Made by a program: the position numbers and the translations under genes. From a virus: a DNA stretch of 64,000 nucleotides. Shown one piece after another: positions 9,285-18,829 of the stretch. The notes beneath the pieces are model-generated. The model saw only the letters and a list, made by a program, of their open reading frames with translations. It had not been told where the DNA came from and ran no database searches. Every line of letters starts with the position of its first letter. The stretch's first letter is position 1. Location of the stretch: positions 13,549 through 77,548 of the IMG/VR virus record IMGVR_UViG_3300028534_000021; one strand, 5' to 3'.

Positions 9285-10190
9285 ATGCCTAAAAAATTAA
9301 CCCAAGAAGAAGTTATAAAAAGATTTAAAGAAGTTCATGGAGATAAATATGATTATTCAAAAGTTATTTATAAAGGAACTTCAACTAAAGTAGAAATCGT
9401 TTGTCCAGAACATGGAAGTTTTTTTCAAAAACCAAATTCGCATTTTCGAAAAGTAGGTTGTCCTAAATGCGCCAAAATAAAATTAGGAAAATTAAAGATA
9501 TCTAAAGTTAAAAATAGTATTGTTATGGAATTTCAAAATGTTCATGGAGATAAATATAATTATTCGAAAGTTAATTATAAAAATTCTAATACTCCAATAG
9601 AAATAATATGTCCCGAACATGGAAGTTTTTTTCAATTATATCATGATCATAAAAATGGTTCTGGTTGCCCTATGTGCGCTAATATTTTAAAATCTTCGAA
9701 AATGAAAAATTCAAAAGAAGATATTATCAGGATTTTTAAAAGTGTCCATGCATCTTATAATTATTCGAAAGTTAATTATAAGAATACTACTACTAAAGTA
9801 GAAATAATATGTTCGAAACATGGTAGTTTTTGGCAAAGTCCAATGTCTCATCGTGCCGGAAATGGCTGTCCCAAATGCTCAGAATCCAAAGGTGAACGAA
9901 GAGTTCGAGAATTTTTAGAATCTAATAATATTAAATATTCCCAAGAAATTAAACTCTTTGAGAATTATAGATTTGATTTTTACTTAGAAGATTTAAATAC
10001 TGTCATTGAGTATGATGGAAAACAACATTACGAACCGGTAAAATATTTTGGTGGTTTAGAAGGATTCTTAAAGACTCAAGAACGAGATAAAATTAAAACA
10101 GAATATTGTTTAAAAAACAATATAAGAATAATTCGAATAGGATATTTTGAAGATATTAAAGAAATTCTGGAAGGTTTTTTAAATGCCTAA
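9285..10190 (+). CDS. homing endonuclease with three Zn-binding DUF723-like repeats and a C-terminal PD-(D/E)xK nuclease
   Basis: Repeats VHGDKYDYSKV..CPEHG.F.Q....H....GCPKC; RFDFYL...IEYDGKQH. Confidence 0.85.
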   Translation: MPKKLTQEEVIKRFKEVHGDKYDYSKVIYKGTSTKVEIVCPEHGSFFQKPNSHFRKVGCPKCAKIKLGKLKISKVKNSIVMEFQNVHGDKYNYSKVNYKNSNTPIEIICPEHGSFFQLYHDHKNGSGCPMCANILKSSKMKNSKEDIIRIFKSVHASYNYSKVNYKNTTTKVEIICSKHGSFWQSPMSHRAGNGCPKCSESKGERRVREFLESNNIKYSQEIKLFENYRFDFYLEDLNTVIEYDGKQHYEPVKYFGGLEGFLKTQERDKIKTEYCLKNNIRIIRIGYFEDIKEILEGFLNA

Positions 10191-11067
10191 AAAATTAACT
10201 CAAGAAGAAGTTCTAGAACGGTTTAAAAAAGTTCATGGTAATAAATATGATTATTCCAAAGTTATTTATAAAGGAACTTCAACTAAAGTAGAAATTATCT
10301 GTCCAGAACATGGGAGTTTTTTTCAAAAACCAAATGATCATTTTAATGGCGCGGGTTGTTCAAATTGCGCTGGTAATAATAAAAAAAATACTTTTCAGAT
10401 AATAAAAGAATTTAAAAAAATTCATTTTAATAAATATAATTACGATTTAATCGATTATATTGGAACTAAAAAGTATGTTTTAATAAAATGTAATAAATGT
10501 TTAAACACTTTTAAACAGACCCCAAATAATCATTTAATGGGTAATGGTTGTCCTAATTGTAATGGTAAATTTAATAAATCTTTAGAAGAAATCATAAAAG
10601 ATTTTAAAAAAATTCATTTGAATAAATACGATTATTCCAAAGTTAATTATAAAAATAATACTACCAAAGTAGAAATTATTTGCTCGGAACATGGTTCCTT
10701 TTGGCAGGAGCCATATAATCATAAAAATGGACATGGCTGTCCCAAATGCTCAGAATCCAAAGGTGAACGAAGAGTTCGAGAATTTTTAGAATCTAATAAT
10801 ATTAAATATTCCCAAGAAATTAAACTCTTTGAGAATTATAGATTTGATTTTTACTTAGAAGATTTAAATACTGTCATTGAGTATGATGGAAAACAACATT
10901 ACGAACCGGTAAAATATTTTGGTGGTTTAGAAGGATTCTTAAAGACTCAAGAACGAGATAAAATTAAAACAGAATATTGTTTAAAAAACAATATAAGAAT
11001 AATTCGAATAGGATATTTTGAAGATATTAAAGAAATTTTAAAACCTTTAATAACTGGTAGTAACTAA
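10183..11067 (+). CDS. second tandem DUF723-like homing endonuclease
   Basis: Same architecture; 10733-11037 appears identical to 9862-10166. Confidence 0.85.
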   Translation: MPKKLTQEEVLERFKKVHGNKYDYSKVIYKGTSTKVEIICPEHGSFFQKPNDHFNGAGCSNCAGNNKKNTFQIIKEFKKIHFNKYNYDLIDYIGTKKYVLIKCNKCLNTFKQTPNNHLMGNGCPNCNGKFNKSLEEIIKDFKKIHLNKYDYSKVNYKNNTTKVEIICSEHGSFWQEPYNHKNGHGCPKCSESKGERRVREFLESNNIKYSQEIKLFENYRFDFYLEDLNTVIEYDGKQHYEPVKYFGGLEGFLKTQERDKIKTEYCLKNNIRIIRIGYFEDIKEILKPLITGSN

Positions 11068-11092
11068 ATAAAGAAATAAATTTATTTAGTTA
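11061..11092 (+). promoter_or_regulatory. putative late promoter AACTAAATA within a 12-bp inverted repeat upstream of the capsid gene
   Basis: TAACTAAATAAA-8 nt-TTTATTTAGTTA; AACTAAATA recurs at 9222, 15783, 32789, 47392 and 55855. Confidence 0.45.
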
Positions 11093-11192
11093 TTCTCTTG
11101 GGTTGTAAGATCCCTTATAAAACTTTCTAAACATGAAAAATGTTTATTTAATTAAATAAATAAAAAATTTTTAAAAAATAAGGAAAAATAAT

Positions 11193-12746
11193 ATGGCTAA
11201 ATTAATTGATAATTTAATCCTAGAAAACTATGATATGTTCACGAAAGATCACTCGAATCTTTTTGAAGAAGCAAAAACACCAGCAGAGATCATTTTTGAT
11301 GACTCGTATTTCGATATGTATGTGTCAAGTCTTACTAAAGGTTTAGAAGAAAGCGTTGTTGCTAAAATTCTTCCAGTACTTGATCGTGAACGTAAAATGT
11401 TCATCGAGGAAAGTTCAGCTCTTTTAACTTCTCCAGAAGCTATCGCATATGCTGTAACTACTATTCCAATGCTTATTAACATCTATGCTGAGCCACAACT
11501 AAGCAAGATCGTTACAACAGTTCCAACTGATATGCCAACTCTTTCTATTTCTAGAATTAAATGGGTATCTAAAGTAATTGATGAAAAAGGTGGAGTTACT
11601 GAGTACATGTTCCCAACTGCTACTTCAATGATTCGTCCAGATTTCAAACAATTCAAAGTTGCTCAATCTGCAAATCTTTATAGCGAACTTGGTATTGCTA
11701 AAGGTGATTTCCGTCTTTCTAAAAGAAATTTCAAAGTTGTAAGTATTGACGTTGTTGTTGATGATGGTAAAACTACTACTGTTGAAAATGTTCCAGTAAC
11801 TGCTATTGCAGGTGCTCGTGGTAACTTCACTGTAGATTCTTTTGTAGTTCCAGGTGTAACTGGTGGTGTTTATAAACTTCAAGGTTCTGTTGATTTCGAA
11901 AGTGGTAGTATTACTTCTTCTGTAATTACTATTGAACCAGGTGACAAAACTGTAACTGAAGATACTATTGAAATTAAATTCAGACTTTTTGGTAATGGTA
12001 ATGGTCGTGGTGTTGTTAAATCAGCTCCAAAACAAGAAATCATTGATGTTAATGCAGATATCGAAGATTCTTTCGAAGTTGAAAATATTGAAGAAGTAAT
12101 TCAAGATTGGTCAGCGATCTATAAACTTGATATCATTTCAGAGCTTAAAAACTTTGTAAAAGGTCAAATCAAGTTAAATAGAGATTTCGAAATTGCTGAA
12201 CTACTTGAATCTAATATTCCATTTGCTCAATCAATTGGTCAATATAAAGAAGTAGACTTCTCAAGATTTGGATCAGCTGATGGTTTCAAACCTTCAAACA
12301 TCCAAGATATCTTCAAAAATATTGTTCCTACAATTATGTCTCTAGTAGAGAAAATGCGTAAAACAAACAATATGGAAGTTCAATATCTTGCTTGTGGTGT
12401 TGATGTTGCTGTAGTACTTAAATCTCTTCAAGAGTTCGCTGTATCTATGGAAAAAATGAATGGTAACTATTCTGTTCAAGGTGGAGTTCAATCAGGTTTC
12501 AATAAACTTGAAATCGTTGAGTCTTATGCAATTGCTGATGATCTAATGCACTTAGTTCTTACTGCACCTGCTACTAACCAAAGTTCACTTGTTGAAGTAC
12601 TATTCAAACCTCTTTATATTATTACTGAGACTACTAATAGTATTAAACGTACATTTATCAAATCAAGAACTTGGATTGGTATTGTTCGTCAAGAAGGTAT
12701 TGGTACAATCCGTATCAAAAACTACGAAGGTTTCGTTAACGTATAA
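11193..12746 (+). CDS. major capsid protein (T4 gp23-like position and size)
   Basis: 517 aa, downstream of the prohead protease, high-expression codon bias (TTC, ATC, CGT, GGT), Glu-rich N-terminal propeptide, IEEVIQDWSAIYKLDIISEL...LNRDFEI spine-helix-like segment. Confidence 0.8.
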   Translation: MAKLIDNLILENYDMFTKDHSNLFEEAKTPAEIIFDDSYFDMYVSSLTKGLEESVVAKILPVLDRERKMFIEESSALLTSPEAIAYAVTTIPMLINIYAEPQLSKIVTTVPTDMPTLSISRIKWVSKVIDEKGGVTEYMFPTATSMIRPDFKQFKVAQSANLYSELGIAKGDFRLSKRNFKVVSIDVVVDDGKTTTVENVPVTAIAGARGNFTVDSFVVPGVTGGVYKLQGSVDFESGSITSSVITIEPGDKTVTEDTIEIKFRLFGNGNGRGVVKSAPKQEIIDVNADIEDSFEVENIEEVIQDWSAIYKLDIISELKNFVKGQIKLNRDFEIAELLESNIPFAQSIGQYKEVDFSRFGSADGFKPSNIQDIFKNIVPTIMSLVEKMRKTNNMEVQYLACGVDVAVVLKSLQEFAVSMEKMNGNYSVQGGVQSGFNKLEIVESYAIADDLMHLVLTAPATNQSSLVEVLFKPLYIITETTNSIKRTFIKSRTWIGIVRQEGIGTIRIKNYEGFVNV

Positions 12747-12769
12747 TCATTGATTATATAACCTTTAAT

Positions 12770-12808
12770 TTATTCTAGAAGCTTAGGCTTCTAGAATTTC
12801 CTGTCGTT
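12770..12808 (+). terminator. hairpin + TCCTGTCG element (copy 3)
   Basis: TTATTCTAGAAGCTTAGGCTTCTAGAATTTCCTGTCGTT, identical to 13145-13183. Confidence 0.6.
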
Positions 12809-12849
12809 TAATTTAAACTAACAAACTTTTAAATAAATAAGGAAAAAAA

Positions 12850-13143
12850 ATGATATTAGAAATAAATAAGCAATTGTTATTAGAAAGTTTAAAATTCGAT
12901 AATATTAGTAAAGCTCATGAATTTAATAAGAGTATGGCTGATAGAACAGTAAGTAGTGAATATAAGGCAGAACCGATGTATACGAGAGGTTTGGCTGAAA
13001 AACGAAAACGAGAAACAAGATCGGAAGATTGGAAAGAAAGAAAAGGACCAAATATGAATAAGGTTCCAAAAAAAGATACCATAAGTAAAAAAGAACGATC
13101 GATGATAAATGATTTCTTAAAAAAGAAAAAGAAATCTAAATAA
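12850..13143 (+). CDS. small basic protein, putative internal head protein
   Basis: MILEINKQLLLES N-terminus; Lys/Arg-rich body; directly after the capsid gene. Confidence 0.6.
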   Translation: MILEINKQLLLESLKFDNISKAHEFNKSMADRTVSSEYKAEPMYTRGLAEKRKRETRSEDWKERKGPNMNKVPKKDTISKKERSMINDFLKKKKKSK

Positions 13144-13144
13144 G

Positions 13145-13183
13145 TTATTCTAGAAGCTTAGGCTTCTAGAATTTCCTGTCGTT
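13145..13183 (+). terminator. hairpin + TCCTGTCG element (copy 4)
   Basis: Exact 39-bp copy of 12770-12808. Confidence 0.6.
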
Positions 13184-13230
13184 AATTTTCGATAATTTCA
13201 AAAATCTATTTTACTTAGCAAAAAAAGAGA

Positions 13231-13291
13231 ATAACTATTAATAGTTAACTATTCATAGTGGGTGTACCGATAGTTAACTATTAATAGTTAT
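13231..13291. repeat. ATAGTTAACTAT palindrome array
   Basis: ATAACTAT-ta-ATAGTTAACTAT-17 nt-ATAGTTAACTAT-ta-ATAGTTAT; the outer 22 bp form an inverted repeat. Confidence 0.8.
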
Positions 13292-13348
13292 CTTATTCTA
13301 AACGATTATAGATATTATTTATATGAAAAATAAAAATAGGAAAAACAA

Positions 13349-14335
13349 ATGAAATTAAAAAACGGAATGTTAAAATCCTTCGTTACTAAGGATATTACCG
13401 AAAATTTTAAAAATATTAATCCGTGGTTATTGGAAAAATTTATAATCTTTAAATACTTTCTATATAATTTATTTTCCTCAAAATATGCCAAAAAAAGAAC
13501 TTTTATTCCTATGGGAGAATATTGGTTTCTTACTGTAGAAGAGCCAATAATAGAAATTATAAAAAATAAGAAAATATTAATTGGTTATAAAAGTAAATTA
13601 ATATTTTTTAATAATGTTCTATATTATAAACGTTTACTTTATTTGGGACTACATCCAATAAGAATATCGTTAAATGGTTTTACTTATAATGTCAATTATG
13701 TTACATATCAATGCGAATATTTTTTTAAAAGCGAAAAAAAAGAAAAAAGTTATAAAGAAATACAAAAAAAATTAAAAAAGTTAAAAGGTACTAAAACTTT
13801 ACAAATAATATTTTTAGATAGTTTTAAAATTGGGGTCGATAAAAGAAGCAGTATTCCAATAATAACTAGTTTAGGTTATAGAATGGAATCAAAATGTTTA
13901 AAAAATTTTTATTTGTATGATAATTCACATATTGTAGAAGCTTATTATAATAACGAGGGTAATTTGGACGAAGCACCAGAAGATACCGAATCATATGAAC
14001 TTACTTATTTAAATCCTTTTACAAATACCTCTTTGGACTATTACACTAAAGCTTGGTTCGTAAATGGGACATTACATAGAAATAATAAACCAGCTTTTAT
14101 TAATGAAGAAGAACATAAGTATTATTACAATGGTTTATTGCATCGATTGGATGGTCCAGCTATTATAAATAAAGACAATTTCGAAAAAAATAGATACTAT
14201 AGAAATGGAAAAGATATTACTAATACAGAGAACGAGATTTATATAAAATTAAAACAGACTGAAACTTTAAAAAATTTTAAAAATAAATATTCCAAGCAAA
14301 TAAAAAATTTACGAGTTAAATTGCGTTTTAATTAA
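13349..14335 (+). CDS. hypothetical protein with LHRxxGPA-type beta repeats
   Basis: WFVNGTLHRNNKPA and YYYNGLLHRLDGPAII repeats, common in large phages. Confidence 0.7.
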   Translation: MKLKNGMLKSFVTKDITENFKNINPWLLEKFIIFKYFLYNLFSSKYAKKRTFIPMGEYWFLTVEEPIIEIIKNKKILIGYKSKLIFFNNVLYYKRLLYLGLHPIRISLNGFTYNVNYVTYQCEYFFKSEKKEKSYKEIQKKLKKLKGTKTLQIIFLDSFKIGVDKRSSIPIITSLGYRMESKCLKNFYLYDNSHIVEAYYNNEGNLDEAPEDTESYELTYLNPFTNTSLDYYTKAWFVNGTLHRNNKPAFINEEEHKYYYNGLLHRLDGPAIINKDNFEKNRYYRNGKDITNTENEIYIKLKQTETLKNFKNKYSKQIKNLRVKLRFN

Positions 14336-14370
14336 TCTAGAGATATTCTTATCTCTAGATTTTCCTGTCG
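14334..14370 (+). terminator. hairpin + TCCTGTCG element (copy 5), between convergent genes
   Basis: AATCTAGAGATA-TTCT-TATCTCTAGATT then TTCCTGTCG. Confidence 0.65.
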
Positions 14371-14391
14371 TTTAAAACACTTTAACTTACT

Positions 14392-15648
14392 TTATCCAAT
14401 GATATCATCTATAACATTTAATTGTATACCATTATTTATAAATGGAGTGACCCGTAGTTTATACGCATTGGATAGATCTGTATTAACCGTAAACATACTT
14501 CTATCAAAGCCATTATCATTATATTCTTGATCAGTTTGCATTCGGTGAAATTTTATTTTTCCAATAATAATTCTATCTGGATAAATAATTCCTTTTGGAC
14601 GAACCTGATAAGAATAAGTACTATTATTACTTCCAGATATCCGAACGATATTATTAGCTAATAATCGTTTGCCTCGTACTACAATAACATTAATAATATC
14701 ATCGTATTCTGCTGGTACTAATTTAAAACCAATTTCTTTTTTAGGAGCTGGTAATACATCTAAGATATCTACTATCCCATCGTGATAAGCATAATGATTT
14801 AATATCTTTTTGTATTCTTCCTCTTCAGACATAGCTCTTAAAAAAGGAAGATTATTAAATTCTTCATAGTACTTTAATTTTTTATATAGGCTTAGATTTT
14901 TAATTCTTCCATGCGTACGTTCACTCATATTTTGACTTAAAGTATAATTACTCAAATATAGCTGTAAGGCTAATTTTTGTCTAGTAATATTAGAAACCAT
15001 TACTCCATCGACTATTTTATATTTAACGAGGTATTTAAAACCTAAAAACTTTTCTAAATATACCCCATTCGAATCTCTATTAGATAAATAATATTTTCCA
15101 ACTTCAAGATTATCTTTATTAACCTCGTTTTCATTATCCTCAACTATTTCTGGAAAATGTATTTTTTTCCAAAGATTATAAAAACCTTCTGAAAAAAGTC
15201 TACGGTGATGATTAACTATAAAACTCCCATCTAACTTATTACCATTTATTTTAAGTTCTTCTAATTCTCCTTCTTCATTAATTAAACCATTTTTCATAAT
15301 ATCTAAAAAAGTTGCATAAGGTACTCGTTGAATTATTGTACCTTCCTCATTTTTTAAAACCATATATCCAGAATATACATCAGCATTGCGATAATCTAAT
15401 TTCCAAGTACTAGATACCGTTGGAGTAATACGAGAATGATTACTAGTAAAAGATTTAAATAAATTAACATCCATTAAATATCTTCCTTGGTATTCATTAA
15501 TTTCTTTTGCTTTTTCTAGTATCTCGTTTAATCCATTTTCTTCATTATTTAAACCAGAGATACCAATACTTTGAAGATAATTTAATACCTCGTTGATACC
15601 AGTTCGCTCTCCATTATTTAATAATAACATCATTCGTTCATTTGTCAT
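14392..15648 (-). CDS. hypothetical protein (only substantial minus-strand gene)
   Basis: 418-aa ORF with AAGGAG RBS and a minus-strand TAGATATT motif at 15721-15728. Confidence 0.8.
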   Translation of the reverse strand: MTNERMMLLLNNGERTGINEVLNYLQSIGISGLNNEENGLNEILEKAKEINEYQGRYLMDVNLFKSFTSNHSRITPTVSSTWKLDYRNADVYSGYMVLKNEEGTIIQRVPYATFLDIMKNGLINEEGELEELKINGNKLDGSFIVNHHRRLFSEGFYNLWKKIHFPEIVEDNENEVNKDNLEVGKYYLSNRDSNGVYLEKFLGFKYLVKYKIVDGVMVSNITRQKLALQLYLSNYTLSQNMSERTHGRIKNLSLYKKLKYYEEFNNLPFLRAMSEEEEYKKILNHYAYHDGIVDILDVLPAPKKEIGFKLVPAEYDDIINVIVVRGKRLLANNIVRISGSNNSTYSYQVRPKGIIYPDRIIIGKIKFHRMQTDQEYNDNGFDRSMFTVNTDLSNAYKLRVTPFINNGIQLNVIDDIIG

Positions 15649-15811
15649 TTAAGGCTCCTTTTTAAATTTATTTTGAAAATAAAAAATACTTACGTATTGT
15701 ATTCTTTATATCGATTATAAAATATCTATGAAAACATTATCTTATTTTAAAGTAATTAATTAATATTGCTATATAAATATAGAACTAAATATTAATAATT
15801 TATTACTAAGG

Positions 15812-16549
15812 TTGAATATGTTTAATCAGTTATTTTTAAAAAATAAATACTGGACTTGGTATTTTAATATAATAAATAATGCTAAACGAAGAGAAATGAA
15901 TTATTATAATTATTCGGAGCGTCATCATATAATTCCATCTTCTTTTAAGGAATATAAATTAAACGAATTTAATTTTAATTTTAAAAATAATTTAGTTTTT
16001 TTAACAGCTAAAGAACATTATATATGTCATCTATTATTAACTAAATTTTGTACTGGTCAAAATAAGTATAAAATGATATACGCTTTTAACTATATGAAAA
16101 GTTCCCCAAATAATAATGGCGAACGAAAAAAAGTAACCGGTGTTATGTTTCAGTATAATAAAATAAAAGTAAATAAATTGCAAAAGAAAAATAAATTATA
16201 TGGTAAAGATAATGGATCATATGGGAGTATTTGGATATATCATTTAGAGAAGGAAGAAAATTTAAAAATACCGAAAGTGTTTCTAAATGATTATTTAGAT
16301 CTAGGATATACTAAAGGTAGATGCATTGATTTTAATAAACGTAAAAAAGATATTGAAAAAAAACTATTAAATAAACAAAAAAAATTAGATAACAAATTAA
16401 GGAAGTACAATCTATTTAAACAGAAGTTTAAATATTATCAACAATATGGTTGGGAAAGTACAAAACAAAAATTCAATATAAAATATTCGCGACAAAATTT
16501 ATTTAGATATTTCGATAATTTTGAACTGAATAAAAACATAAGGAAATAA
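15812..16549 (+). CDS. HNH homing endonuclease (Mob-like)
   Basis: ERHHIIP...NLVFLTAKEHYICHLLL HNH core; YGKDNGSYGSIWI NUMOD-like segment. Confidence 0.8.
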   Translation: MNMFNQLFLKNKYWTWYFNIINNAKRREMNYYNYSERHHIIPSSFKEYKLNEFNFNFKNNLVFLTAKEHYICHLLLTKFCTGQNKYKMIYAFNYMKSSPNNNGERKKVTGVMFQYNKIKVNKLQKKNKLYGKDNGSYGSIWIYHLEKEENLKIPKVFLNDYLDLGYTKGRCIDFNKRKKDIEKKLLNKQKKLDNKLRKYNLFKQKFKYYQQYGWESTKQKFNIKYSRQNLFRYFDNFELNKNIRK

Positions 16550-16550
16550 T

Positions 16551-16949
16551 ATGCAAATATTTGTAACGGATTCGTTTTTAAGCGATCTTAAAAATAGTTT
16601 AAATACTGCTATTGGAGAAGGGGAAGTTCTAATTCAATTTTTTACTGGAGAAAAACCAACTTTAGATGAAAGTATGGAATTTGTAAATGGTAATAGAATT
16701 TCAGATAAACTTGGAGAGGTTACAATACCTTTGGTAGATGGAGAATTTGATAGTAATATAGACGGAGTTGATCCAATTACTTTTACTCCAGACGTTACTG
16801 GTACTTGTGTATGGGGTACGATTGCTCCAAGTGATTCATTAAATGAAATAGTAATAGTCGAAAATATTTTAGATCAGGTAATTGTTCAAGATATTAATTT
16901 TGACAGTACTGTTGAAAATAACGTTCAAAAAATATTAGTAAAAATATAG
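16551..16949 (+). CDS. putative virion structural protein
   Basis: Acidic and beta-rich, IQFFTGEKP motif; coupled to the propeller gene. Confidence 0.5.
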   Translation: MQIFVTDSFLSDLKNSLNTAIGEGEVLIQFFTGEKPTLDESMEFVNGNRISDKLGEVTIPLVDGEFDSNIDGVDPITFTPDVTGTCVWGTIAPSDSLNEIVIVENILDQVIVQDINFDSTVENNVQKILVKI

Positions 16950-16957
16950 GATAAAAT

Positions 16958-18814
16958 ATGCAATTAAATAAAACTATTCAAACAAACGCTTTTTTAAAAA
17001 ATGATCCATTCAGTTCGACATTTCCAGACTCTTTCGTAGGCGCCGGATTAAAAGATATATATTTACCAGATTTCACAAATCAAAGAATTTCTGTAATTGT
17101 TAGTCTTAATGGGACGGAGATGGTAAATATTACTAAAAAATCTAGTGGAGTTATGGCGACTGGTTCTTTAAGATACCTTAATGCTTTGATAATGCCTTCA
17201 GTAACTATTTCCGAAACATCCGAAATAGTTTATAGTATTACTAAAGATTCTTTCGTAAATAATTATAATGTTGATGATCCAATGGATTCAGGGATTATAA
17301 AACAGGGAGATTTAGATATTACTATAGATGGTAGAACAGATGCTCCAGAATTAAATTATTTAGTAACTGGTGTATTTACTGTTATAGGAACTGCTGGAAA
17401 TATGACTTTAGATATAAATAAACCTTTTTCAATAATTCCTATTGATAATAATGAAATATTTTTAAAATTTAGAACTCCTGATACCGGAGATACTTTATCA
17501 GCAATTAAATTCAATAATTATACAAATAATATTAATTTATTTAGTACTAGTAAAAAAGAAGAAAATCCAATTATTAGAAAAACTCAATTCCAAGATTGTT
17601 TAAAAATCCAAGCTAGTGATGTTCAAGCTGGCGATTATTTTGGATATGCAGTCATTAAAGGAGAAAAGTATACTATCGTTGGAGCATATGGTGAAGATAC
17701 GACTACCAATGATGCGGGATCAGTTTATATATACAATACTGAAAAAGATCTTGAAATTAAAATCCAAGCTAGTGATGCTCAAACTAAGGATTATTTTGGA
17801 TATGCTGTTTCAGTATATAATAATACTTTAGTTGTTGGAGCATATGGAGAAGATACGACTGCTAACGATGCTGGATCAGTTTATATATATGATTTAACAA
17901 ATTTTGATGTTGATAGTATTAAAGCATCTGAAATTAAAATCCAAGCTAGTGATGCTCAAACTAAGGATTATTTTGGATATGCTGTTTCAGTATATAATAA
18001 TACTTTAGTTGTTGGAGCATATGGAGAAGATACGACTGCTAACGATGCTGGATCAGTTTATATATATGATTTAACAAATTTTGATGTTGATAGTATTAAA
18101 GCATCTGAAATTAAAATCCAAGCTAGTGATGCTCAAACTAAGGATTATTTTGGATATGCTGTTTCAGTATATAATAATACTTTAGTTGTTGGAGCATATG
18201 GAGAAGATACGACTGCTAACGATGCTGGATCAGTTTATATATATGATTTAACAAATTTTGATGTTGATAGTATTAAAGCATCTGAAATTAAAATCCAAGC
18301 TAGCGATGTTCAATATAAGGATTATTTTGGACATGCTGTTTCAGTATATAATAATACTTTAGTTGTTGGAGCATATGGAGAAGATACGACGGCTAATGAT
18401 GCCGGATCAGTTTATATATATGATTTAACAAATTTTGATGTTGATAGTATTAAAGCATCTGAAATTAAAATCCATGCTAGTGATGCTCAAACTAAGGATT
18501 ATTTTGGATATGCTGTTTCAGTATATAATAATACTTTAGTTGTTGGAGCATATGGAGAAGATGCAGCATCCTCGGATGATGCTGGATCAGTTTATATATA
18601 TGATTTAACAAATTTTGATGTTGATAGTATTAAAGCATCTGAAATTAAAATCCATGCTAGTGATGCTCAAACTAGGGATTATTTTGGATATGCAGTTTCG
18701 GTATATAATAATACTTTAGTTGTTGGAGCATATGGAGAAGATACGACTGCTAACGATGCTGGATCAGTTTATATATATGATTTAGAAGTTCTTAAAAATA
18801 ATTTAAATTTTTAA
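16958..18814 (+). CDS. FG-GAP (integrin-alpha-like) seven-repeat beta-propeller protein, putative adhesin
   Basis: Seven repeats ASD...DYFGYAVSV..NTLVVGAYGED....AGSVYIY. Confidence 0.85.
   Translation: MQLNKTIQTNAFLKNDPFSSTFPDSFVGAGLKDIYLPDFTNQRISVIVSLNGTEMVNITKKSSGVMATGSLRYLNALIMPSVTISETSEIVYSITKDSFVNNYNVDDPMDSGIIKQGDLDITIDGRTDAPELNYLVTGVFTVIGTAGNMTLDINKPFSIIPIDNNEIFLKFRTPDTGDTLSAIKFNNYTNNINLFSTSKKEENPIIRKTQFQDCLKIQASDVQAGDYFGYAVIKGEKYTIVGAYGEDTTTNDAGSVYIYNTEKDLEIKIQASDAQTKDYFGYAVSVYNNTLVVGAYGEDTTANDAGSVYIYDLTNFDVDSIKASEIKIQASDAQTKDYFGYAVSVYNNTLVVGAYGEDTTANDAGSVYIYDLTNFDVDSIKASEIKIQASDAQTKDYFGYAVSVYNNTLVVGAYGEDTTANDAGSVYIYDLTNFDVDSIKASEIKIQASDVQYKDYFGHAVSVYNNTLVVGAYGEDTTANDAGSVYIYDLTNFDVDSIKASEIKIHASDAQTKDYFGYAVSVYNNTLVVGAYGEDAASSDDAGSVYIYDLTNFDVDSIKASEIKIHASDAQTRDYFGYAVSVYNNTLVVGAYGEDTTANDAGSVYIYDLEVLKNNLNF
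17602..18784 (+). repeat. intragenic 177-bp tandem repeat
   Basis: 59-codon units; units 2-4 appear nucleotide-identical, unit 6 has an extra codon. Confidence 0.9.
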
Positions 18815-18829
18815 GATAAAGGATAGTAT

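Noticed and set aside
13231..13291. ATAGTTAACTAT arrays as mini-CRISPR arrays
   Set aside because: The repeat is only 12 bp, spacers vary from 2 to ~30 nt and are related to each other, and no cas genes are in the window.
17602..18784. 177-bp repeats as a diversity-generating retroelement TR/VR pair
   Set aside because: They are in-frame tandem coding repeats, differences are not adenine-specific, and there is no reverse transcriptase in the window.
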